DNA from: an uncultured Ignavibacteriaceae bacterium
GTDB lineage: Bacteria; Bacteroidota; Ignavibacteria; Ignavibacteriales; Ignavibacteriaceae
Direction of reading: 5' to 3'
Assembly (NCBI GenBank): GCA_963768365.1
Contig: CAVYHS010000007.1
Span: 76,248 to 140,247 of the forward strand
DNA length: 64,000 nt
In this document: in pieces, positions 1 to 11,695 of the stretch
Layout of the letters: every line of letters starts with the position of its first letter
How positions within the stretch are numbered: the stretch's first letter is position 1
Position numbers and translations under genes: made by a program
The notes under the pieces: model-generated
Told to the model about the DNA's origin: nothing
The model's database searches: none
The model's input: only the letters and a program-made list of their open reading frames with translations

Positions 1-903
1 TATTTCGGAAATCTGCAAAAGCTCTGGTTTGAGCCTCGCGTTTCAGCTACATACAGTTTAACTCCGGATTTAATATTTAAGAGCGCTTTCGCAATCGCTC
101 ATCAATTCCTGCACCTCATTGTAAGAAATGATATTACTTTAGCAACTGATTTATGGTATCCATCCACTGAGAATATTCAACCAAGTAATTCAACTCAGTA
201 CGTAATTGGATTTGATACTTATTGGTTTGACCGGAGTTATTTATTTTCTGTTGAAGGTTTTTATAAGTATATGGATAATATTTACGAATTTAAAAATGCA
301 CCTCAGCTTAATCCTCTGGATAATTCAATTGAAGACCAATTTGTTCCAGGACAAGGAGAAGCATATGGAGTCGAATTTTTTCTGAACAAAAGAAAGGGCA
401 GATTTTCGGGCTGGATAGGATATACATTAGCATGGTCTGCAAGTCAGTTTGATGAGTTAAATGGTGGTAGAGTATATTATTCAAAGTACGATAGAAGAAA
501 TGATTTTTCTTTGGTGTTAACTTACACGCTTATTGAAAATTTAAATTTCGGCTTAACCTGGATTTATGCGACTGGCCAAAGATACACTTTACCTCCCGGG
601 CAATATATATTCGATCCGATTGGAACAGGTGGAAATGAACAATTAGCTTTCAACTATTCAGCTATAAATACAGCACAATTTCCCGATTATCATAAATTAG
701 ATCTTAACTTTAACTATGCGTTCAAATCATTCAACTTAGATTTTGAAGCATATGTTAACCTATATAATGTTTACAACAGGAATAACGCATTTGCACAATA
801 TGTTGTACTTGTTGAAGACGAAAATGGAGAAGAGGTTCCGGTAGTAAAAAGGATTACACTGTTTCCATTTATTCCTTCTTTTGGTATAGTAGTAAATTTT
901 TAG
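1..903 (+). CDS. TonB-dependent outer-membrane receptor, C-terminal part (5' end upstream of window)
   Basis: Frame 1 is open from nt 1 and runs into ORF 271..903. The sequence is beta-barrel-like and ends in the typical terminal aromatic ...FGIVVNF*. A DUF4249-like lipoprotein gene follows directly. Confidence 0.8.
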   Translation, partial: YFGNLQKLWFEPRVSATYSLTPDLIFKSAFAIAHQFLHLIVRNDITLATDLWYPSTENIQPSNSTQYVIGFDTYWFDRSYLFSVEGFYKYMDNIYEFKNAPQLNPLDNSIEDQFVPGQGEAYGVEFFLNKRKGRFSGWIGYTLAWSASQFDELNGGRVYYSKYDRRNDFSLVLTYTLIENLNFGLTWIYATGQRYTLPPGQYIFDPIGTGGNEQLAFNYSAINTAQFPDYHKLDLNFNYAFKSFNLDFEAYVNLYNVYNRNNAFAQYVVLVEDENGEEVPVVKRITLFPFIPSFGIVVNF

Positions 904-911
904 TGGTCGCA

Positions 912-1710
912 ATGAAAAGTTCTAAAATAATTTACTTATCATTTTTTCTGATTTTAATTGCTTGTGAAAGTGAAGAAATTCTGAATCCTGATATTACATT
1001 TGTGGAATACACTGTGGTGCAAGCAGAAATACAATCAGGAAAGATTTTTCCTGCCTGTACGAATAACAAAAACACTTCCGCTTGGTATTTCTTACGATAT
1101 AAAGCTTGCTGAATTAAAAAATGTAATTGCATACCTTGTAAAAAATTATGTGCAGGTAATTCCATTAGTGTACACCAATGATGGTTTATATAAACCTAAG
1201 TATGAATTTTATGTGGACGAGGGAGATACATATGAAATTTATGCTGAGAGAGATGGAAAATTTATTTATGGTAAAACAACTATTCCATTCGAACCATCAG
1301 TTTCTTCAGTTAACTTTAATCCCAGCGATTATTATTTTGAAGCTGAGGTTGTAAGTAAAGTAAACGAAGTTTACGGTGCGTTGTGGATTGTTACAGGAAC
1401 ACCACCAGCAAAAGCAGATGATTTCTTTTCAGTCAGTAAAACATCAACAGGAATAAATCAGATTGTAAGTGTCAGATCGACATCTTTGCCAGAAGAGTAT
1501 AGAAATCAAATCTATTCCGGTCGGAGAAATATCCAGGTTGTTGCTTTCGATAAATCTTTCAGAGATTATTTTTATAGCCGGACATCAGGTAATGAAATCA
1601 ACGACCCTTTTATCCAGGGTGGTGGTGTAGTTGAATGGAATATGCAAGGTGAAAATGTTATCGGAATGTTTATTGGTGTAGCTAAAGGGGATGTTATACA
1701 AGTTAATTAA
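912..1710 (+). pseudogene. DUF4249-like lipoprotein (receptor partner), one frame break near 1057
   Basis: ORFs 903..1112 and 1000..1710 join into one protein. It has the lipoprotein signal MKSSKIIYLSFFLILIAC. The body reads ...QSGKIFPA|VRITKTLPLG... after removing one nt. The C-terminal ...GENVIGMFIGV... resembles the end of DUF4249 proteins (family assignment from memory). Confidence 0.55.
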
Positions 1711-2685
1711 ATGAAAAACTTATTAGTAAATAATTCGTTCAAACTCATTTTTGTAATGATATTTTTCTTAATCAGTTGTATTGAAGATAACATTACTCCA
1801 CCGTTAACTGGAGATCTCAATCCGGTTGCGGAAATGCTAGTTTACTTTGAATCTAATGGCGACTTCCCAAACAGTTATCTGGCTCCTGCACTCATTGAGG
1901 CTGAAGAAGTATATGCAAACCTGAATACTTTTCTAATCATTGATATTCGATCCGATGCAGAATATTCTTCTGGTCATGTCGAGAACGCAGTGAATATAAA
2001 TATTGATTCGTTGTTCAATTTCGTCGAAACAAAATTTAATTCGGGTTATCCCAAAATTGTAATTATTAGTAATAACGGACAAAGTTCAGCTTATTTCACT
2101 TGCTTTACTCAGACTTGCAGGATTTAATAATGTTTATACAATGAATTTCGGAATGGCATCCTGGAATGAAGTTTTTGCTGTAGAGTGGTTAAGCGAGTTA
2201 GGTGATTATAGCGGCATTAATAATTTCACGGATAATACTTTTAATAAAAATGATTATACTTCCCTACCTCAAATTTCATTTGTAAATCCTGATGATCCAA
2301 TTGAAAATAGAATTAAGAGCAGAATTAAGCAAATCATTTCTCTATGGATTTAATCAAGGTGAAGAATATTTTCCAACACTACCAAACCTACTGGACAAAT
2401 ATCCAATTTGTTATGGAAAGACTAATTTATATAACGCTCGGAAATTTGGTGTATTTGATGAAATGGGACATCCTGTCGATACCAGGTCATATACTGATTA
2501 TCCCATTATATGAATTAAGAAGTGTTAAATATCTTCAAACACTACCAACTACGCAACAAATTCTTTTGTATGATTATGATGGTCAGCTTGGGGCTTGTAT
2601 GACCGCCTATTTAAGAGTTCTGGGTTATGATGTAAAGGTGTTATTGTTTGGTGCTAAACCAATTATTTTACAGCGGATTGATTAG
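1711..2685 (+). pseudogene. Tandem rhodanese-domain lipoprotein, at least 3 frame breaks
   Basis: ORFs 1711..2127, 2141..2353, 2292..2513 and 2344..2685 are co-linear pieces. Signal is MKNLLVNNSFKLIFVMIFFLISC. First domain: ...LIIDIRSDAEYSSGHVENAVNI... Second domain: ...ILLYDYDGQLGACMTAYLRVLGYDVKVLLFG... Confidence 0.6.
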
Positions 2686-2770
2686 ATGATCCTGAGTTAA
2701 TCAAGTTATGCTTTTTCTAGCAGATAAATATTCAAAATTACCCCTATATAACTGGCGAGTAGTAAGCTTT

Positions 2771-2799
2771 AAAATAAAAAAGCCCGCTAATGCAGGCCT
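2771..2799 (-). terminator. Rho-independent terminator candidate after ccmF
   Basis: On the minus strand GCCTGCATTAGCGGGC forms an imperfect 6-bp stem with a 4-nt loop (2782..2797). It is followed by TTTTTTATTTT, about 25 nt downstream of the ccmF stop. Confidence 0.55.
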
Positions 2800-2824
2800 T
2801 ATTAGAATAAAATTTACATTAATA

Positions 2825-5251
2825 CTATGATACTATTCTGGATTCTTTTAATCTTCTCGTCATAGCAATAAAGAAACCAATTACCATAATAAATACTCCA
2901 GCCCAAACAAGACTTACAAAAGGCTTTATGCTTGCTGTAACACTTAATATTTCATTCCCTTCTTTTTGAACTATAGCTGTTTGATTATCAGAGCCATCTA
3001 AAGATGATAAAGCAATTTCAATTACGCCTGCAGAAAGATTTTCTAGGTCAATTTTCAAGTTCAATTCTTCGATTCAAAAGATGTGAATTCAATTTTACCA
3101 TCAGTTTGTTTTCGTAATAATTCTGTTTCTGTTTTCTTGTCATCTTTTTCAATTTCAAGCACCGCACCCATCTGAAAATCTTTTCCCTCACTCATCAATT
3201 GCATTGTTTCTGGTGCCATATTGAATCGAACAAAAGTAATCTTCGCTCCATCAAACTCTGTTGATCCTTCTTTTTCAAGTGAAATATGATTATGCGAATG
3301 TTGGCTTTGAGTCTGCCCACCTTCATCATAACCTAATGGAGAAAGGTAAATATCTTTTGTTAATAGTGTGAGTATAGCTGGTTCACGAACTAAGCTGTTG
3401 TTAAACTCACTTATATACATTATAGGGGTTACTTTGTACTCAGAGTTTCCTTTTTTTACATTAACATTAAATGCATACTTTGTGTTATTTGCAATTGGAT
3501 AGATTTCCGTAAAAGTCATTTCATAACCAAATGCAGTTACAGGTTTGCCTTTAACAAGATCAACATTCATTTGTTCACTATAAACAGCGGAACCTATTAC
3601 GCCTAAAATAAATAACGCTATTCCAATGTGTGCAACATAAGCACCAAGCATTTTAAAATTACCTTTTACAATTTTTATTGCTATGTCAAGATTAACAAAA
3701 AGAGAAAATGCAGTTGTAAGAGAGAGTAGCATTATCATTATCTCGTGAACTCCGCCCACAACAACAAGTAAAATTGTAAATAAGATTGCACCAACTGCCG
3801 CGTAGGTTGATTTCTTTATAAGTTCATTCAAATCAGATTTTTGCCATTTGATTAACAAGCTGATCCCATTCAAAAACATTATTATAATTGCAAGTGGAAG
3901 ATGCATTTCATCGTAGAAAAATGTATCAACAGATTGTCCGAAAATTGGAGCTGATGTTCCAACAAGAACAATTATTGCAGATGCAATCAATACTATCATC
4001 GCTGTGAATAAAGCTAATTCACGTGATAGCAGACTTTCAGTCGTCCTTTATATTTTCATTTAAAGTTTTCCATCTAAATGCTATCATTCCGAAACCGAGC
4101 ACTATAAAAGTTCCGATAAACAAAACCAGGAAGAGATAAATAATCATTCCGGGATCAACGAAAGAATGAACAGAAGCATCACCTAGAACACCGCTTCGTG
4201 TTAGGAATGTGCTGTAAAGAACTAAAACATAAGTAAGAACACACAGCATCAAATTTGTCTTTGCATATTTTCCAATACCACCTTGTGCTTGACTTCTCTT
4301 TTGAACTAATAGAGTATGAATTCCTGCAACTCCGACCAACCACGGAATGAGACTTGAATTCTCAACAGGATCCCAGGCCCAGTAACCACCCCAACCAAGC
4401 ATTTCATAAGCCCAGTAACCGCCGAGCATTATTCCCAATCCAAGAACTCCCATTCCTGCAAGCATCCATGGGAATGCTTGTTTAACCCAATCTTTGTAAT
4501 CATTCTTCATCAAAGCAGCAATTGCAAATGCGAAAGGAACAGTTGCCATTGAAAAGCCAGCAAACAAAATCGGAGGATGAATCTGCATCCAGAAATTAAG
4601 AAGTTGTGGATTTAATCCTTTGCCATCAATTATAAATTGATTAACTGAAACGCCTGCTTGTTGAAGTAGTGATACGAATTCTGAATTTATTTTTATAAAT
4701 CCCTGGTTAGTGCTCTGATCAGTAAAAAAGAATTGCTGAATAAATGGAAGATTAAAAAACTGTGAGTTAAGGTGTTCAACTTTAACAAATACATCATTCA
4801 TCCAGATATATTCAAAAGGATTTTTAAACCAAGGTGAAACCATTACTAAAAGAAATGTAGTGGCAAGTGTAAATACAGCCATCACTCTTGGTTCAAGGTC
4901 GCCTCTTTTTGAAGCATAAGATTGAAGTATTATTCCAACGATTGAGGTTAGCAGAAGCCACAGCATAAAACTGCCTTCCTGTCCTCCCCAGAATGAAGAA
5001 GCAAGCTGAAAAATACCAAGATCTCTTAGGCTGTTATTACTATAGCTGTAGATGTAATTATATTGATATTGGTGTGTTAAAATCGCATACCATAAATACA
5101 CTGATGCAGCAATAACCAGAACTGCCATACCATGATATGCAATTCTTCCATAATTCAGAGTGTTTTTGTATCCTCTGTAATTCAGGAAATACATAATCAT
5201 TGAGATTATACTGAATGCAAGAGCAAGTGTGAGTATAATACTTCCTACCAT
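2825..5251 (-). pseudogene. ccmF: Cytochrome c-type biogenesis protein CcmF (heme lyase), split in three pieces
   Basis: ORFs 4037..5251, 3061..3999 and 2825..3064 are co-linear. The WWD motif is ...WGGYWAWDPVENSSLIPWL... The frame upstream of 3999 is open to 4047 and reads ...ESLLSRELALFTA-MIVLIAS..., so there is a break near 4040-4050. The last piece carries the terminal TM helix ...VWAGVFIMVIGFFIAMTRRL... Confidence 0.85.
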
Positions 5252-5677
5252 TTATACCTCAAGTCTGAATGTTATTTTGTAAATGCTAATTATAAATGAA
5301 GAGTTAGCAGTCTTCTCTTCATATTTGCTTGGACATTTAGTTAGAATGTCTTTGGCGTGAAAGTAACCGTTTTGATATTTGCCGGTAACTACAACGCTTG
5401 TAGCACTTTCGAAGTTATTTGGAATTGTACCTTCATAAATTACTTTCATCTGATTTCCATTTACATCCGTCATGATGAAAGCGAAGGTTTTATTCTGATT
5501 ATCGATCTGATAGTTTTTTTCCTTTACCCAGCTTCCGGTAGCTTTAACAATCTTTTCTGTTGACATCACTTTATTAAAGTCATCAACGTACTCAATATTA
5601 CTTTGAGTGAATAAATACCCCATCAATCCAAGAAAGACAGCAATAATAATTCCACCGAATATATATTTATTTTTCAT
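5252..5677 (-). CDS. ccmE: Cytochrome c maturation heme chaperone CcmE, cysteine (CXXXY) variant
   Basis: Intact 141-aa ORF with an N-terminal membrane anchor. It has ...HAKDILTKCPSKYEE... where classical CcmE has HXXXY (Cys codon 5333..5335, Tyr codon 5321..5323). It lies between ccmD and ccmF with 0-4 nt spacing. Confidence 0.85.
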   Translation of the reverse strand: MKNKYIFGGIIIAVFLGLMGYLFTQSNIEYVDDFNKVMSTEKIVKATGSWVKEKNYQIDNQNKTFAFIMTDVNGNQMKVIYEGTIPNNFESATSVVVTGKYQNGYFHAKDILTKCPSKYEEKTANSSFIISIYKITFRLEV

Positions 5678-5826
5678 TTTTTATCTCCGCTTATTTCTTT
5701 TTCAATACTTTTTAATCTTTTATCAAGGGCGAACATATAGAAAAATATTCCTACCCATACTATAAGAACAATTATCATCACAATGTAAATTGCATTGTTC
5801 TGAAGAAAATTGTAAAGACCGTCCAA
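5674..5826 (-). CDS. ccmD: CcmD-like small membrane protein (50 aa, not in ORF track)
   Basis: Hand translation gives (TTG)MDGLYNFLQNNAIYIVMIIVLIVWVGIFFYMFALDKRLKSIEKEISGDKK*. It has a single TM helix followed by a basic tail. Its stop overlaps the ccmE ATG (ATGA). It sits where ccmD normally sits. The start codon is uncertain (TTG at 5826). Confidence 0.6.
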   Translation of the reverse strand: MDGLYNFLQNNAIYIVMIIVLIVWVGIFFYMFALDKRLKSIEKEISGDKK

Positions 5827-5838
5827 AATTTATACTCC

Positions 5839-6553
5839 CTATCCTGCCAACGGGCTTATTAATTGTTTATTAAGTTTATCTTTTATAATAATAGATTTAT
5901 AACCAACTCTCCACATCCAGAAAAATAATATTGTAAATCCGATTAATGAAAGGAAAAATATTAGCTGCATGTTTGAATTCATTTGAAAATCAACAACTGG
6001 TCCAGCATTTGAATCATCTGCAGAACCGGGATGAAGTCCTTTCATTATTCTCGGCATAACAAAAATGAAGAATGGAACAGTAACAAAAGCGATCAATGAA
6101 TAAACTGCAGAGAGTGTTGCACGTTTGTCTTCGGATTCAATTGATGAGCGTAAGTGCGAACAGTGCACCATAAATTAATAATATTGCAAAAATGCTTGTT
6201 TGTCTTGGATCCCAGCTCCAGAATTGTCCCCAGGCAAATTTAGCCCAGACAGCACCAGTTACAGTTGCAAGAATACAAAAAATCATTCCAAGCTGTGCTG
6301 CAGAATAAGCTTTGGCATCTTCATCAAGATTTTTATTCCGAAGATATCTGAAACTAAAAACTGTTGACAAAAGAAATGCGATTACTGTAAGCCACGCAGT
6401 TGGTACGTGAAAGAAAATAATTTTAGCATTTTCTTCTAATCCCGGAATAAATGGAAATTCGTACCAGACACTTGGTTTCTCAACAATTGGAAACGCAATT
6501 CCTGCTATTGAAACAAATGCTAAAAGTATAAATAAGAATATTTTCCAGATCAT
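5839..6553 (-). pseudogene. ccmC: Heme exporter protein CcmC, one frame break near 6140-6170
   Basis: ORFs 6137..6553 and 5839..6171 overlap and are co-linear. The WWD motif is ...WGQFWSWDPRQTSIFAILLIYG... Several TM helices are present. Confidence 0.85.
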
Positions 6554-6585
6554 ATAATTTTAATTCAAAAAACCTTTGAAAACGA

Positions 6586-7251
6586 CTAATCTTTCCAGAT
6601 AAAATCAAATAACATATACGAAGCAGTCAACATAATTATATCGTATCCAACAACTATTGCCAACTCAAACTGAGCTTCTTCAAAGCTTGTACCATCAAAC
6701 GAGAACAAAGTTAATTGAACGCAGGTAAGAATCAAAGGTAATAAAATCGGAAAAGAAAGTACCGGATAAAGTGTGCCTTTTGCACCTGCTTTTGCAATAA
6801 TGGCGGCAATAATTGTTGAAGAAATTGCTAATCCGATATTGCCTAAAATAAACGTCATTAAAAAGAGAGAAAAATTCTGTACAACAAATTTTTCGAACAA
6901 AGCAGAATAAAGAAGTGCTATGACAAGATTCATACAAAAAACGAGAATCAGGTTAAAAATAAGTTTTCCTGAAAATACTGTTGTGGGGGATGCAACTAGT
7001 TGAAGAGTAAGTGTAGTTCCTCTTTCTTCTTCAGAAACAAAAGCTCTGGCAAGGCCTGACATTGCTGTAAAAAATATAACTACCCAGAAGAGTCCGCCGG
7101 TTAAGCTTTCGGTAATTGTCTCATTGCCAATTGAAAAAAGAATAACACTTATTGCAACAATAATAAACATCGCCAGCGAGTTAATTGCGTATCTCGTTCT
7201 TAACTCAGAATGAAAATCTTTTTTGAATAACGAATATGATTCTGCAATCAT
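6586..7251 (-). CDS. ccmB: Heme exporter permease CcmB
   Basis: Intact 221-aa polytopic membrane ORF. Its start overlaps the ccmA stop by 4 nt (ATGA). Its position is between ccmA and ccmC. Confidence 0.8.
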   Translation of the reverse strand: MIAESYSLFKKDFHSELRTRYAINSLAMFIIVAISVILFSIGNETITESLTGGLFWVVIFFTAMSGLARAFVSEEERGTTLTLQLVASPTTVFSGKLIFNLILVFCMNLVIALLYSALFEKFVVQNFSLFLMTFILGNIGLAISSTIIAAIIAKAGAKGTLYPVLSFPILLPLILTCVQLTLFSFDGTSFEEAQFELAIVVGYDIIMLTASYMLFDFIWKD

Positions 7252-7878
7252 TTAAATTTCTCCAGCAATAAAACTTCATCGCACAATTCAAGATCTTTCA
7301 ATTCATTTGAAGCAATAACCACAATCCTCGATTTCCCTTCCTCGCGAACAATATTATAAACTACTTTTTTTCCTTCTTCATCAAGGTTGGAAGTTGGTTC
7401 ATCAAAAATTAACACATCAGGTGAGTGCATAAGTGCAAAAATAAATTTTAATCTCTGTTTCATTCCTGATGAATAAGTTTTTACAAGATCATTTCTCCGG
7501 TTTTCCAAGAGGAACTGAGTCATGTAATTAACAATTTTATCTTCATTAAATGTAACACTTCGAATCTTCGCAAATATTTTCAGATTTTCCCACGCTGAAA
7601 ATTCTTCATATAAAACCAGGTAAGGCGAAACAAAACCGATATGATTGTGAAGTTTTTCCGGAATTATTTCACCATCAGAATTTTTATGAATGATTTTTCC
7701 AGCATGAAGGAGCAATAAGTCCTGCAACAATTTTAACCAGTGTCGATTTACCAGAACCATTTGGACCTGAAATACCAAAAATTCCTTTTTCTGACCAGTT
7801 AAAATTTATATTCCTGAAGATTAATCTTCTACCGAAGAGCTTGGAAAGATTTTGAGATTGGATTGAGTAACTACTCAT
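7248..7878 (-). pseudogene. ccmA: Heme ABC exporter ATPase CcmA, one frame break near 7704
   Basis: ORFs 7684..7878 (Walker A GPNGSGKST) and 7248..7778 (signature YSSGMKQR, Walker B LIFDEP) join. Deleting one nt at ~7704 restores ...IVAGLIAPS-AGKIIH... Confidence 0.85.
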
Positions 7879-9571
7879 TGAAAATCACAACTTTTCCTTT
7901 AACAACTTCGTCTCCCTGCTTGATTACATAAATGTAAACACCTGAACCAAGCTTTTTTATTATTATTATCTAATCCATCTCCAGTAAATGCCGGGAGAAT
8001 TGTTTTTCAACGGTCCTATGGATTTATTAGTTGCAGAGTAAACTAAGTTCGAGTCCTGATGAATATACATTGAAATCTACTTCTGTTCCGCTTTGCATAT
8101 TCAGAACTATATTAATGTATGATTCAGAACCATTTCCTGATGATGAATAGCTAAAGGATTTGGAAAGACAAACTCTCATTGACCTCAACAATAGGAATTA
8201 ATACAGAATCTGATCTTACTAATAGATCGTTCAGTATTTCCGAAACAGACCAATAACTTGGATTACTTGTACTAAAAGTCGATGAATAATTATTTGTTAA
8301 TTTTCTTGTACCACTTGTTGAGTATCAGAATAAAGAGTGTAGTCAAAATCAAAGACTTGATTGGCTTTTGCGAATGCATCACCATTTGTAACTATGGCGT
8401 AAAGTGTATCACCTGCATTAGGAATATTGAACTTAACAAAATTATTGGCTGTTGGTGACGATGTCATATCTGCTGTTTGTTGAGGTGGAGTAAAAGTTAA
8501 AGTTGAAGTTGGTCTAATTAAAGGATAATTAGCTGCTTCTTCAAAATAGGATCCTGGAATTGTTCTGATATTTGTGTAATAAGTCCAAATACCAAACTTA
8601 TTCAGTTCGCCTGGAAATGAAGAACCTGCATTAAGAATTGTATTATTTATGGACAAAATAGCATTGGTACTTGGAATTAACTCCCATTGTTGTTTCAATA
8701 AATCAAAACCAAATATTTTCTTGCAGATATAAATGTTCCAGATTGCAAGATTGTAACCATTTTGATTGGGCATTGCTACTTGCGGATTTTGAAAATACGA
8801 TTGCATATAAGCGTAATAGTCGTTTACAGTATCATAAACAAATTCTTCCATTGAAGTTGATGTGATCTCATAAAAATATACATCGGAACTCCGGTAAGGA
8901 GAATTAGGATCGGGAACGGAATAATTTCCTACTTGAATGCTGTGATGAAATTCGTGAGCAACCGTAACCAGCATACCGTCAATTCCACTACTATAATATC
9001 CTATATAATCATTGTCTATCACAATAAACGATGTCCAGTTAGTTGTCCCGACTTTACTTTCTGGTTCGGTGTAACCATAAAGACCAGCACTCTGATTTTG
9101 TATGTAGACATCATATTTATCATCGCCGCCAGCACCGATATCGCCAGGAGGAGACAGATAACCAAGATAATTAACTTCAAATCTGTAAACCGAGTCTAAT
9201 GCTTCCGCCACTTCTGCAGCATTCTGATCTGCCGATAAACTGGCAATATATGATGGACGATTAAATCCTGTTTGATCATAATGAACTCTGAAAAATCCTG
9301 ACGGTGAAACGATGCTAGTTTGCAGTATTGGTCTGCTTAGAATTTTTTGAAGTACAACTTGTTGTTCAGGAGTGAAAAGATCAATATTAGATTTAATATT
9401 CGTTACAATTCCAAATCCGCATTTTCTATCTTCTAAAGTCAGCTCAGTAGGTTGATCAGTTTGTTTCAAGAATTCCGGTCCATTGAGCTGAAGGAATTTG
9501 ATGTAAAGCGAATCAAGCTGAGACTGATTAAATTCCTGTGGAAAAATCTGAACTGATAAAAACAGATTCAA
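7871..9571 (-). pseudogene. Secreted HExxH zinc metalloprotease with T9SS C-terminal sorting domain, about 3 breaks in the last 425 nt
   Basis: ORF 8297..9571 contains ...VTVAHEFHHSIQ... The region 7871..8296 translates in shifting frames to ...VDFNVYIHQDSNLVYSATNKS...GIYW..GDGLDNNNNKKLGSGVYIYVIKQGDEVVKGKVVIFNE*, a typical T9SS/FlgD-Ig-like CTD. The signal-peptide-like KKISFLITVLILNLFLSVQIF lies upstream of the first ATG, so the true start is uncertain. Confidence 0.65.
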
Positions 9572-9594
9572 TATCAGTACTGTAATTAAAAAAC

Positions 9595-11695
9595 TTATTT
9601 TTTTACTGATGTTATTAATAACTCACCTTTTGTATTTGAAAAAACCAAATAATAATTTTTCTGGTCAGGTTTAATAAAGAAATAATCATAAACATTATCA
9701 GCGGAAATAGTTTTACTTAGTAAATATTTTTTTCCTTTATCGCTATAAATCATTGTGTTAATATAATAATCATCAACAGTATTTACGGTGAAATTAATTA
9801 TCCCTTTCGTTGTAGTTTCGCCAAAGAAACCCCTGCCAAATTCTTTTTTTACATCAAGCTGATTATTAAAAAATTGTGTCGACATACTAAATCTACTTCC
9901 TGAAAACACAAAAATATATTTTTCAGATAAATTTTGAACGAAACTGACAACACTAGGATATTCAGTATAATATTTATTGGCACCGTATAAATTAATCTCA
10001 AGTTCATTTGATTTAGGAATTTTAAAGTATGTCTTTAAAATATTTGGACCAGGTTCTATATCAGCAACTTTGAGGTAAAGAGTATCTCTTTCTGATTTCC
10101 AATAAAAAACTTCGGGCTCATCCTTAATACGAATTTTAGCCAAACTCACGTTCCTATCAATAAAAGGATATTCTTTGAACGTTATACTCAAGTCACGATT
10201 TTCAAATTTTCCCAGATGAAGTTTTGACTGTTTATTGTAAACTAAGAAAATATTTACGAGTGAGCTATCAACCCTTTGCAGATTCAGATCGAGTATTTCT
10301 CCTGGCGCATATAGTTGCTTACGGTTAAGTTCATTAGTTCTGAAATTATATTTAAATACTTCAAGTAACGGAGTGCCTTCAATGTAACAATAAAAAGTTT
10401 TCATCTGATTATAGAAATCATCAACAATAATTTCTTTATGATTCTCAGCTACCGGAAAATAATAAAGGGATGATGGAATTCCGGATTTATTTAAAAGAAA
10501 TAATTTTAAATAATTATCATACTCATCAACAAAACTTATATCAGAGATATTATCGTTTCCATAATCGAATTTCTTCACAGCGCCAGCCTGTATAGCGGGA
10601 ACAAGTTTCAGGGCTTTACCTAGTTCTTTTACCGATGTTATTACGCTGATCTCACCTGTCTCTAAGAGGCTTGCAATATTATCTCTATCTCCGAATTTAA
10701 ATTTTGCAATCGGTCCAGAAGTAGAATTTTTAAGATAAGTGATGCTTTCATAAAAATCTGAATCATTTTTCGCAAAGAGAATATTCATTGTGCCTTTCGC
10801 AAGAGAATATGAAAGGTCTAATAATTTATCCGCATTAAAATCGCCGAAAGCAATTCCAGTTGGTTTTTCTTCAAGCTTCACAGTTCTTTTATTTTTGAAA
10901 GTAGTCTGGAAATCTCCAATTAAAATTTCGATGTAATTACCAATTGCATAAATAATATCATATATGCCATCATTATTCAAATCCCTTGTCTGAAGAAAAC
11001 TTATTTTTTCAGAGTATTGAACTGAACGTGAAAGTCTAAAAATTCCTTTAGTATTATTAGAAAAAAATTGGAGAGAATTGTCAAGAATATTGAAAGCAAG
11101 AACGTCAGGATAACTGTCATTGTTAAAATCAATAAATATAGCCTCGCTAAAACTCGTACCGGTGACTATCTTACTCTCACCGATACCGTCATTAGCTCTT
11201 GAAATAATTGATAAACCATCAAATCCGCTTCCGGAAACAAGAATTTCTTCCTTGCCATCTAAATCTACATCGCCGGTAAAAATATTTTCAGGATATGAGT
11301 CAAACTCAATTTGTTTTTTTCTGAATCTCAATTGAATCGACTGAAAATATCCATCAACAAAACTTTTCTGTGTTTGCGTTCAACTGCTGCAAATAAATTG
11401 GAACTCCCGGATTTATCTTTTAAGCGTCTCATCTGTGAAATTTCTGATCTTATTTGAAATTCCTTTAACGAATACATTCTTCACCGGGGATGCCAGAATA
11501 TATTCCAATACGCTTTGTGGTTGCTGAATAAAAAATTAATTCATCATTTCCGTTTGAATTTAAATCAGCAGAGATTATTCCCTGATAACCTTTCGGAAGA
11601 GGATAATTCTTTTGGGAGCAAAAACCATTGATAGGAATCTGACTAAAGGATAGCGACGAAAAAAATAAAAAAAATAAAATGAAACTATTTTTCAA
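9595..11695 (-). pseudogene. FG-GAP/VCBS-repeat secreted protein, 2 breaks at ~11335 and ~11465
   Basis: ORFs 11465..11812 (signal ...KNSFILFFLFFSSLSFSQ, then ISADLNSNGNDELIF) and 9595..11331 carry repeated D-x-D/N-x-D-G motifs (GDVDLDGKEEILV, DFNNDSYPDVLAF, RDLNNDGIYDIIYA, GDFNADKLLDLSY). A bridging frame is readable between them. The putative TTG start is at 11695. Confidence 0.65.

Noticed and set aside
3061-3064. TTGA stop/start overlap suggesting that the last 79 aa of CcmF form a separately translated subunit.
   Set aside because: The piece carries the normal terminal TM helix of single-chain CcmF proteins. The window is full of single-base indels. A frame error is more likely than a genuine split.
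8047-8056. GTTCGAGTCC, which resembles a tRNA T-arm/T-loop.
   Set aside because: The flanking bases cannot form the T-stem (CTAAG versus CCTGA) or an acceptor stem. The site lies inside the metalloprotease CTD coding region. I found no other tRNA-like signature in the window.
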